In this document: one piece after another, positions 9,129-16,721 of the stretch | Layout of the letters: the number at the start of each line of letters is the position of its first letter | How positions within the stretch are numbered: position 1 is the stretch's first letter | Assembly (NCBI GenBank): GCA_965649295.1 | Contig: CBFGKH010000006.1 | Coordinates: forward strand, 117,488-181,487 | Source of the DNA: a candidate division WOR-3 bacterium | Lineage (GTDB): Bacteria; Hydrothermota; Tepidihabitantia; Tepidihabitantales; Tepidihabitantaceae | Direction of reading: 5' to 3' | Length of the DNA stretch: 64,000 nucleotides | Notes under the pieces: generated by a model | Told to the model about the DNA's origin: nothing | The model's input: only the letters and a program-made list of their open reading frames with translations | The model's database searches: none | Program-made: the position numbers and the translations under genes

Positions 9129-9480
9129 AACTTCTGCAAGACAATCGGTTAGGTAGAGCCACCAGTCCTCGAGACCCCCTCCCCGTGGACTGTCCCGGGA
9201 GTGGTCCCCAAAGCTACCCGCAACCCCGCTGGCCGCAGCACTCTCGTAGCCCTTCTCCACTGTCCTTGCCCGCGAGCCTCCAAACCGGCCTGCGCAGGCC
9301 CTTTCTATTGGGTGAGCCATAGTCCTTCGGGCAGCCCCTGCAACAGTGCCTCTGGACAAGCCTCGCCTTCCCCTCGCATCGGCCTTCTCGCCGCTCTCTG
9401 GCCACCTCCTAGGACTTACCCTTAGTAAGCGCTCCGAGCAGCCCCTCGTTGCCCACTCACCAGACCGCCTCCTTGCGGTC
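9129..9480 (+). repeat. Degenerate 12-nt-periodic intergenic array, copy A (conserved head plus about 25 units)
   Basis: Parsed as 12-mers from 9181, 24 of 25 units start with two pyrimidines; head matches the reverse complement of 34884-34960. Confidence 0.75.
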
Positions 9481-9541
9481 CCAACCTTGGTTTGCCGAGA
9501 GCCGTTGTTCTCGGCTCACCTGGTTACTGGCCCTCTGGTTT

Positions 9542-9570
9542 TTGACTTCGCGGCCCGACCCTCCTATCAT
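9542..9570 (+). promoter_or_regulatory. Sigma70 promoter, leaderless configuration
   Basis: TTGACT-N17-TATCAT, 8 nt before ATG 9579; no SD. Confidence 0.65.
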
Positions 9571-9578
9571 TGCCAGTT

Positions 9579-10718
9579 ATGCGTCTGCTCGTTGTCAACT
9601 GGCGCTGCATCAAAAACCCGCTGGCCGGTGGTGCTGAAATCTACTTTCAGGAGATCTTTTCGCGCTTGGTCCGGCGCGGTTACGAAGTGACACTGTTGGC
9701 TGAGCGCTTTGCCGGTTCGATGCCCGAAGAGACAATTGACGGGATTCGGATCATCCGCCGGGGTGGCAAGAACACTTTCAACTTCACGGTCTATCGCCAC
9801 ATTGACCGGCTGGCCAAATCGCTCGAAGCCGACCTCGTGATTGACGACCTGAACAAGATTCCCTTCTATTCGCCGTGGTTTACCCGGCGGCCGGTGCTGG
9901 CGATTCTGATGCATCTCTTCCGCGGCGCAATCTTCCACGAGACCCTACCGCCGCTTGCCGCCTATGTCTGGCTGGCAGAGAGCATCATTCCTTTGGCATA
10001 TCGGAACTGCCGGTTCGCCGTGCTCTCCGAAAGCTCAAAGGCCGACACCGTCCGGCTCGGCATCCGGCCCGAGCGCATCACCGTAATTCCGCCCGGCACC
10101 GACTTCGACCGCTTCCGGCCGCCCACTAGCGCACCGGACCGCCTGACCACTGCTGTGCCGGTCGTCCTCCACGTCGGCCGCCTGAAGAAATACAAGGCCA
10201 CCGACCACCTGCTTCAGGCCTCACGCCGGCTGCTCGACAAAGGGGTGAAGCATCGCGTGGTCATAGTCGGCACCGGCGATGACCTGCCGCGGCTGCGCAA
10301 GATTGCCGCCGGTCTCGGTCTGGACCCCACGGTCGAGTTCACCGGCTTTGTCTCAGAAGAAGAGAAAATAGCCTGGTACCGCCGTGCTGCGGTGCTATCT
10401 GAGAACTCGGTGAAAGAAGGTTGGGGACTGATTGTGATGGAGGCGAATGGCTGCGGCCTGCCAGTCGTGGTTGCCGACTCGCCCGGCCTGCGCGACTCCT
10501 CCCGCGACGGCATCAACGGCCTGGTCTATCCTTACGGCGATATTCCGGCCCTGGCCGAACGGCTCGAACGGCTGCTCACCGACGAGGCCCTGCGCCAAAA
10601 GCTTGGCGAGCAGGCCATCAAATGGGCGCACCAGTGGACCTGGGATGCTGCCGCCGACCAGATGGCGGCAGTGATCGAGCAGGCAAAGACCGAAGCCGAA
10701 AAGGTAGGGGGAAGATGA
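9579..10718 (+). CDS. Glycosyltransferase family 4 (GT-B)
   Basis: NP.AGGAE.Y, HVGRLKKYK, EGWGLIVMEANGCGLPVV (Ex7E motif). Confidence 0.92.
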   Translation: MRLLVVNWRCIKNPLAGGAEIYFQEIFSRLVRRGYEVTLLAERFAGSMPEETIDGIRIIRRGGKNTFNFTVYRHIDRLAKSLEADLVIDDLNKIPFYSPWFTRRPVLAILMHLFRGAIFHETLPPLAAYVWLAESIIPLAYRNCRFAVLSESSKADTVRLGIRPERITVIPPGTDFDRFRPPTSAPDRLTTAVPVVLHVGRLKKYKATDHLLQASRRLLDKGVKHRVVIVGTGDDLPRLRKIAAGLGLDPTVEFTGFVSEEEKIAWYRRAAVLSENSVKEGWGLIVMEANGCGLPVVVADSPGLRDSSRDGINGLVYPYGDIPALAERLERLLTDEALRQKLGEQAIKWAHQWTWDAAADQMAAVIEQAKTEAEKVGGR

Positions 10719-11056
10719 CCATTGTTCGTGATGGAATCACCTTGGCCGAGCTCAAGCAGCTAGCCGCTGCCCGGTTTGGCGATTATGTGAAAGCGGTTGT
10801 TGATATTGAGCGCCGCGTGATGGCAATCAGCGGTGAGCTACACTCCGATGAAGAAGATTTGCTGCTCAACGACGGCTCGCGCCAGCAGGACCTCTGGGGT
10901 ATCAATCTCTACCCCGACGCCGACCCGGCTGGCTGGATCGAGTTCGATTCGATGATCAACCTGCGGCCCTCACAGGGCAATCGCAGTCGCGGGGTTGACG
11001 ATGCCCAGACCCGGGCACGGATTATCGAAGTTGTCAGCTCGCTAGTGCGACGATGA
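10715..11056 (+). CDS. DUF5674-like protein
   Basis: VKAVVDIERRVMAISGELHSDEE.LL..GS.Q.DLWGINLYP..IEFDSMINLRPSQGNRSR; ATGA overlap with the GT4 stop. Confidence 0.75.
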   Translation: MTIVRDGITLAELKQLAAARFGDYVKAVVDIERRVMAISGELHSDEEDLLLNDGSRQQDLWGINLYPDADPAGWIEFDSMINLRPSQGNRSRGVDDAQTRARIIEVVSSLVRR

Positions 11057-11409
11057 ACTGGCAGCACCAGGACCTTGCCGCTGGCCGGTGGTTTGAACTC
11101 GACCTCATCGAGCAACTGGCGAACGTCGGTTCGGAAGTCGAACGGGCCATCAGTTGGCGCGAGAAAGGTGATGCCGAACGAAGCTGGCGCTCGTTTGAGC
11201 GGGCACTCGAACTACTAGACCTGACCATCGCCGACCCCAAGAACCGCGGTCGGCGCCGCGAGCCCTGCCGCTGCCGTGAACTGCTCGTTGACTACTTTGC
11301 CGGCGACAATCAGTACGGTTCCTCGGACGAACTCTGGCGCCGGTACTTCCTCGGCTTCGCCTGGGCCACCCAACTCCGCCGCACTGCCCGCCGCGCGCCT
11401 CGCCCCTAG
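11053..11409 (+). CDS. Conserved hypothetical helical protein, partner of DUF5674
   Basis: GRWFEL..EQLANVGSEVERA..FERALELLDLTIAD; ATGA overlap with the upstream gene. Confidence 0.75.
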   Translation: MNWQHQDLAAGRWFELDLIEQLANVGSEVERAISWREKGDAERSWRSFERALELLDLTIADPKNRGRRREPCRCRELLVDYFAGDNQYGSSDELWRRYFLGFAWATQLRRTARRAPRP

Positions 11410-11437
11410 CAACGCTGGCTTGAAATAGCCCGATTCC

Positions 11438-11466
11438 TTGACCCGCCCTTGATTCGGCCATAAGAT
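11438..11466 (+). promoter_or_regulatory. Sigma70 promoter, leaderless configuration
   Basis: TTGACC-N17-TAAGAT, 8 nt before ATG 11475. Confidence 0.65.
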
Positions 11467-11474
11467 TCGCCGCT

Positions 11475-12488
11475 ATGAATGAAACTCCCGCGCTGCTGTG
11501 CCGCGATGTCGTCAAGAACTTCCGTCGCGGTCGTGGCCTGAAGAAGAAGATTACCTGCGCGGTTGACCACGCGAACCTGGAGATTCGTCAGGGTGAGCTC
11601 TTCGGCCTCTTGGGCCCCAACGGCGCGGGTAAGACCACGCTCGTCCGCTGCATCGCGACGCTGCTCATTCCCGACGCAGGCACAATCAGCCTGTTCGGCC
11701 ACGACGTGTTCCGCGACTCGCTCTGGTGCCGCCAGCGCATCGGACTTTTGACATCGGGCGAACGCACGCTCTACTGGAAGCTCTCGGCCCGCGCCAACCT
11801 GAACTTCTTTGCCGCGCTCTACGGCCTTTCGGGCAAGGCACGGGACAAGCGCATTGACTACCTGATTGAACTGCTCGGCCTGAAAGATGTCGAGCACGAG
11901 CGGCTCGAACGCTACTCGTCCGGAATGAAGCAGAAGGTGTCGGTCGCCCGCGCCATTCTTCACGACCCGGACCTGATTCTGCTGGACGAACCGTCGCTCG
12001 GACTCGACCCGCAGTTTGCCCGGTTCATCCGCCAGTTCATCAAGGAAGAGCTGAACGGACGCCTGGGCAAGACGATTCTCATCACCACCCATTACATGGA
12101 CGAGGCCGACGAACTCTGCAACCGCATCGCGTTCATCAGCAAAGGCAAGATTGTTGACTGCAAGACCCCGGCCGAGTACAAACGTGACATCCCGCACACC
12201 GAAATGCTGCACATCCGGCTGCAGGGCCGGCCTGACACATCCGGGCTTGAGCGCCTGCCCACGGTCGAGCGCGTCGCTGCCGAGCACAACGACGGCGTGA
12301 CGAGCGTCCGGGTTGTCGCCCCGCGGGTCGAGACCGTGTTGGCCGACGCCATCGAGCTGCTGCGGCCCCAGGCCAAGATTCTCGGCATCGAGGTGAAACA
12401 GCCCACGCTCGAAGACGTCTTTCTCTACGTCACCGGCACGTCACTCGGCGCTGACACGAGCGAGGGCAAGCCCGAAGCGCAGCGCTAG
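11475..12488 (+). CDS. ABC transporter ATP-binding protein (ABC-2/DrrA-like exporter)
   Basis: Walker A GPNGAGKTT, signature YSSGMKQK, Walker B ILLDEP, H-loop TTHYM. Confidence 0.95.
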   Translation: MNETPALLCRDVVKNFRRGRGLKKKITCAVDHANLEIRQGELFGLLGPNGAGKTTLVRCIATLLIPDAGTISLFGHDVFRDSLWCRQRIGLLTSGERTLYWKLSARANLNFFAALYGLSGKARDKRIDYLIELLGLKDVEHERLERYSSGMKQKVSVARAILHDPDLILLDEPSLGLDPQFARFIRQFIKEELNGRLGKTILITTHYMDEADELCNRIAFISKGKIVDCKTPAEYKRDIPHTEMLHIRLQGRPDTSGLERLPTVERVAAEHNDGVTSVRVVAPRVETVLADAIELLRPQAKILGIEVKQPTLEDVFLYVTGTSLGADTSEGKPEAQR

Positions 12489-12497
12489 CCTGCTGCA

Positions 12498-13328
12498 ATG
12501 TCCTTCGCGGCAACCCTCAATGTCATCCGGGCCGAGATTGAGAAGACCTTTCGCATCTACCTGTCCTATCCGATCATCCTCGCCTTCTGGGCCATCTTTC
12601 CGCTGCTCTGGGTTTTCCCGTTCGTGTTTCAGGGCCGGGCGCTCGTCGGCGCAGCTTCGAGCGAATCGTTCCGCCAGCTCACCGGTTCGGGCAACTACAT
12701 GGCGTTCGTGCTCATCGGCGCGATGGTCTCTAACTTCGTCTTCTCCGGACTCTGGGGTGTGGGCAACTCCCTCCGCGAGGAGACCTACTGGGGCACAATG
12801 GAATACATCATCGCCTCGCCCACCCATCCACTCGTGATTCTCATCGGCAAGACCCTGGCCGAAGCCATCTCGACGCTGATTATCGTCACCTTGCAGGCAG
12901 TCGTCATCAGCCTGCTCCCGTTTGGCATCTCGTTCAGCCTTGCCAAGGTCGTGCCGGTCCTGCTGATTGTCGGCCTGCTGATGATTGGGTTCTACGGCTT
13001 CACCATTGCCTTTGCCGGCTTCACTCTGCTCATCAAGGAGGCCCACGGCTGGATTCACACCCTCGAATGGGTCTTCTTTCTCTTCTCACCCATCCGTTAC
13101 CCGGTGCAGGTCAATCCCATCACGCAGGTCGTCTCGACCCTGATACCATTGACCTGGGCGCTCGTTGCCATCCGCGGCATCATCATGCTCAACCGCAACG
13201 AGGTCAGTCTTGGTAAAACAGTCGCCATCCTGCTCGTAATGGACGCAGTCCTGCTCGTATCCGGCTGGCTCATCTTCCGCTGGCTCGAACGCAAGACCCG
13301 TAAGGACGGAACCGTCGGGATGCACTAG
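12498..13328 (+). CDS. ABC-2 type transporter permease
   Basis: Six hydrophobic segments; EETYWGTMEYIIASP; follows the ATPase. Confidence 0.88.
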   Translation: MSFAATLNVIRAEIEKTFRIYLSYPIILAFWAIFPLLWVFPFVFQGRALVGAASSESFRQLTGSGNYMAFVLIGAMVSNFVFSGLWGVGNSLREETYWGTMEYIIASPTHPLVILIGKTLAEAISTLIIVTLQAVVISLLPFGISFSLAKVVPVLLIVGLLMIGFYGFTIAFAGFTLLIKEAHGWIHTLEWVFFLFSPIRYPVQVNPITQVVSTLIPLTWALVAIRGIIMLNRNEVSLGKTVAILLVMDAVLLVSGWLIFRWLERKTRKDGTVGMH

Positions 13329-14243
13329 ATGAATACGGATTCACAGAGTCAAGGGGTCAGGGATTCCGGTCCGGTCGCCGGACTCCTTGCATCCTCGAAT
13401 CCTGGTCTCCTTCTTCGGTTGCGCCATTACGCGAGCGCGGTCTGGGCCGAGAATATCAAAGAGTGGCGGCTCGAACTCACCTACCCAGCCGACTTCGCCC
13501 GCTCGCTCATTGACCCGGTTGTCTATCTCTTGCCGTATCTTCTTTATGGTGTAGCCCTGGTCGGCGGCCGCCAGTCCGAGAACCTGGCAAAGCTCGTCGG
13601 CACATCCGACCTCGTCTCGTTTGTCACGCTCGGCTACATCTTCATCGGCTTCATGAACATGGCCCTCTGGGCGATGGGCTTCTCGCTGCGCAAGGAGCAG
13701 ATGTACGGCACGCTCGAATCGGTCTTTGCCGCGCCGGTGCCGCGTTGGGTCTTCACCATGGGAATGGCGATGCACTCAATCCTGCACCAACTACTGATGA
13801 TTGCAGTGCAGATACTCTTCATCGTCCTCGTCTTCAGCATCCATATCAACCCGCTCGGGCTGCTGCCATCGCTCGCCATTATCGGCCTAATGATGGTCGC
13901 GCTCTATGGCATCGGCATGGTGATGGCTTCAACCACGCTCATCTTCAAGCAGGGCTGGCTCATCTCCGAAGCCCTGGCCAGCATCCTGATGGTAATTACC
14001 CCGATTGCCTACCCGCTGGCAGTACTACCCATCTTTCTCCAGCAGGCAGCCTTGGCCGTGCCCACGACCTACGGCATTCTCACCGCTCGCCATTTCCTCC
14101 TCGGCGAGCAGATGAGTTTCACTATTGCCGATGCGTTCCTTCGCCTCGGCATCCTGTCGGTTATCTGGGTAGCATTCGGCCTTACGGTCTTCACCCTCAT
14201 TGACAGATACACCCGCCGCTCTGGCACCCTCAGTCACTACTAA
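13329..14243 (+). CDS. ABC-2 type transporter permease (second)
   Basis: KEQMYGTLESVFAAP; multiple transmembrane segments; paralog of the upstream permease. Confidence 0.88.
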   Translation: MNTDSQSQGVRDSGPVAGLLASSNPGLLLRLRHYASAVWAENIKEWRLELTYPADFARSLIDPVVYLLPYLLYGVALVGGRQSENLAKLVGTSDLVSFVTLGYIFIGFMNMALWAMGFSLRKEQMYGTLESVFAAPVPRWVFTMGMAMHSILHQLLMIAVQILFIVLVFSIHINPLGLLPSLAIIGLMMVALYGIGMVMASTTLIFKQGWLISEALASILMVITPIAYPLAVLPIFLQQAALAVPTTYGILTARHFLLGEQMSFTIADAFLRLGILSVIWVAFGLTVFTLIDRYTRRSGTLSHY

Positions 14244-14261
14244 TACTATGGCGAGCCGGAC

Positions 14262-15176
14262 ATGAAGAGGATAGCACTAATCGGCGTAACAATGGGCGAC
14301 CCAGCCGGCATCGGGCCTGAGATTCTGCTCAAGGCACTGGCCGCAATGCCCAGGTTCAGGCCGGTCATCTTCGGCTCGCGCGCGGTGCTAGAGAAGGAGC
14401 AGCGCCGACTTGGCACGAGCGTTGACCTGTCACTCGTCCAAGACTGCGCACCCCGACTTGGCCGCTACCAGCTAGGCCGACCACAGAAGAACTGTGGCGA
14501 AGCAGCGTTCGCTTGCCTCGAAGCCGGCGTTACCGCGCTCCGGCAACGCACGATAGCTGCGCTGGTCACTGCCCCAGTATCAAAAGAAGCTCTGCGCCTG
14601 GCCGGGTTTCGCTGGCCAGGCCAGACCGAGTTCCTTGCTGACCGGCTTGGTGCGCGCCACACCGCGATGCTGGCTTGGACCCCGCGGTTCAAGGCGGTCT
14701 TTGTCACAATTCATTTGCCCCTGACCCAGGTCAGCCGTCATCTCACCACCGACGCCGTTGCCGAGAAAGCCCGCCTCCTTCACGAGTTTCTCCAAGCCGA
14801 ACTCGGTCGCAAGCCGCGCATCTGCTGCCTTGCGTTCAATCCCCACGGCTACGAGTTCACCCGGGGCGAAGAGAAGCGAATTGCCGCTGGCGTGAACCTA
14901 GCGCGCCAGGCCGGCATTGATGCTGTTGGCCCGATTCCAGCCGATGCTGCGATCGCCTCCCTTGCCTACGATGGTTTTGTCGCCATGTACCACGAGCAGG
15001 CGATGATTCCGGCCAAGCTGCTGGCCCATGGTCAGGGTGTCAATGTAACACTCGGGCTTGGCCGTATCCGCACTTCGCCCCTGCACGGCACTGCCTTTGA
15101 CATCGCTGGACAAGGCATTGCCAGCCCCAGCTCAATGCTGGCAGCTATTCGCCTGGCCCGGCGCCTCGCTCGCTAG
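14262..15176 (+). CDS. pdxA: 4-hydroxythreonine-4-phosphate dehydrogenase family
   Basis: ITMGDPAGIGPE-like start, TAPVSKE, IHLPL, AMYHEQ, RTSPLHGTAFDIAG. Confidence 0.88.
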   Translation: MKRIALIGVTMGDPAGIGPEILLKALAAMPRFRPVIFGSRAVLEKEQRRLGTSVDLSLVQDCAPRLGRYQLGRPQKNCGEAAFACLEAGVTALRQRTIAALVTAPVSKEALRLAGFRWPGQTEFLADRLGARHTAMLAWTPRFKAVFVTIHLPLTQVSRHLTTDAVAEKARLLHEFLQAELGRKPRICCLAFNPHGYEFTRGEEKRIAAGVNLARQAGIDAVGPIPADAAIASLAYDGFVAMYHEQAMIPAKLLAHGQGVNVTLGLGRIRTSPLHGTAFDIAGQGIASPSSMLAAIRLARRLAR

Positions 15177-15204
15177 TTCAGAAAATACAACCTAGGAAAA
15201 CCGG

Positions 15205-15340
15205 CCGGCAAAGAGGCGGGCGACGGCGTGGGGTCAGGCGGGTGGGATGATGTTGGTCCAGCGAGATGGGCCTCACCAGACCCTGTGGAGGTTGAGATGC
15301 TCTGCCGCCTGAGGCCGCCGCCCTGCCTCACCAATCGCAA
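15205..15340 (-). ncRNA. Candidate 6S-like rod-shaped RNA (long closing stem, open central bubble, apical hairpin)
   Basis: On the minus strand gaggc/gcctc, gggcggcggc/gccgtcgccc and tcaggcgg/ccgcctga close a 22+13-nt A/C-rich bubble, followed by ggtctggtgag/ctcgctggacc. Non-Watson-Crick pairs are G-U only on this strand. TTGACA at 15367-15372 upstream. Confidence 0.45.
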
Positions 15341-15409
15341 CTTATATTTAGTCTGGAACAAGCCGCTGTCAAGTATTATTGCAACTGGCCAGAAATTCGC
15401 TGGTTAGGT

Positions 15410-16579
15410 CTAGTGGTGGAACAGCCTTAGCCCGGTGAAGACCATCACCATGCCATATTCGTCAGCAGCACGGATAATCCCATCGTCACGGGTCGAACCG
15501 CCGGTCTGAATGATGTAGCGCACTCCGGTGCGCGCGGCCCGGTCAATATTGTCGCGGAACGGAATGAAAGCGTCTGAGCCAAGGCAGATGCTGTCAAACC
15601 GACTGAGCCATTCATCCTTTTCCTGCCGCGACAGCCGTTCCGGTACCGCGCTGAAGTTGAGCTTCCAGGCAGCAAGCTCGGCCTCGGTCACATCCTCTTC
15701 GAGATAGAGGTCAATAGCCGTTGCCTTCTCTGACCGACTAACCCCGCGCTTGAACGGCAGGCCCCGCACCTTTGGGTGCAAGCGCAGTAGCCACTTCTCG
15801 GCTTTCTGGCAGGCCAGGCGCGTGCAGTGAATCCGCGACTGCTGGCCGGCACCGACGCCGATCACCTGTCCGTCCCAGACCAAGCAGATTGAGTTCGACT
15901 GCGTGTACTTCAGCACCAGTTCGGCAATCAGTAGGTCGGTGGCCACCGCCGCCGGAATCTGCTTCTTGACCGTAACGACCTTGTCAAGGAGGGCCGCACT
16001 GATGACCGCGCTGTTGCGGGCCTGCTCGAGGGTGATGCCGAACACGGTCCGCTGCTCCAGTTCCGGTGGCACAAAGTTTGGGTCAATCAACAGAATCGGA
16101 AACCGACCCGACTTCTTCTTGCGCAGCAGTTCGAGCGCGGCCGGCTCATAACCGGGCGCGATACAGCCGTCCGAAACCTCCCGGTCGAGAATCGCCGCTG
16201 TCGGTTCATCAACCGGTTCTGAGAATGCGGCCCAGTCACCAAACGACGACATCCGGTCAGCACCGCGGGCCCGCACGTAGGCGGTTGCCAACGGCGAAAG
16301 CTCGGCCTTGCCGACAAAGAGCGACTCGGCCAGCTCTGGTGATAGCGGCCGGGCAATCGCCGCGCCAGCCGGGCTCGTATGCTTGAACGAAGCTGCTGCT
16401 GGCTGGCCGGTTAGCTGGCCCAGCTCCCGCACTAACTGCCACGAGTTCAACGCATCAAGCAGATTGATGTAGCTGGGTGCGCCGTTGAGGACTCGTAGCG
16501 GCAGGGTGCCTTCGGTCACAAATGCCCGCGCCGGCACCTGGTGCGGGTTGATCCCATAACGGAGTTTCAGTTCATCCAT
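15410..16579 (-). CDS. purH: AICAR transformylase, stand-alone (lacks the IMP cyclohydrolase domain)
   Basis: Begins directly at ELKLRYGINPHQ; SFKHTSPAG, KYTQSNS, GAGQQSRIHC, SDAFIPFRDN, GLRLFHH; 389 aa. Confidence 0.88.
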   Translation of the reverse strand: MDELKLRYGINPHQVPARAFVTEGTLPLRVLNGAPSYINLLDALNSWQLVRELGQLTGQPAAASFKHTSPAGAAIARPLSPELAESLFVGKAELSPLATAYVRARGADRMSSFGDWAAFSEPVDEPTAAILDREVSDGCIAPGYEPAALELLRKKKSGRFPILLIDPNFVPPELEQRTVFGITLEQARNSAVISAALLDKVVTVKKQIPAAVATDLLIAELVLKYTQSNSICLVWDGQVIGVGAGQQSRIHCTRLACQKAEKWLLRLHPKVRGLPFKRGVSRSEKATAIDLYLEEDVTEAELAAWKLNFSAVPERLSRQEKDEWLSRFDSICLGSDAFIPFRDNIDRAARTGVRYIIQTGGSTRDDGIIRAADEYGMVMVFTGLRLFHH

Positions 16580-16611
16580 AGGCAGTCTTGATCACGACCT
16601 TCGCTCCAACC

Positions 16612-16648
16612 GTCATTCCGCGGCCGCGGTGCGGCCGCGGAATCGCCG
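16612..16648. repeat. REP/dRS3-like palindrome, copy 1 (GTCATTCCG...GGAATCGCCG)
   Basis: 13-bp perfect stem attccgcggccgc/gcggccgcggaat; same termini as 34567-34603. Confidence 0.65.
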
Positions 16649-16721
16649 CTCGCACCGGCGGAACTAACTTCTTGCTGTCTTTGTGCTCTTTGTGGTGAAA
16701 TCTGGTGCTGGTCCCGCATGC

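Noticed and set aside
11406-12287. Long antisense ORFs (also 36227-37111, 38599-39381, 43588-44262, 57138-57920, 62066-62839 and many shorter ones)
   Set aside because: Shadow frames of well-supported genes, expected in GC-rich DNA; no motifs or initiation signals.
15205-15340. SRP (4.5S) RNA identity for the rod-shaped RNA
   Set aside because: The length fits, but the GGAA/GNRA tetraloop and the CAGG/AGCAG internal loop of domain IV are absent on both strands.
16580-16721. ZMP/ZTP riboswitch upstream of purH
   Set aside because: No match to the conserved core; the hairpin is explained by the REP-like palindrome.
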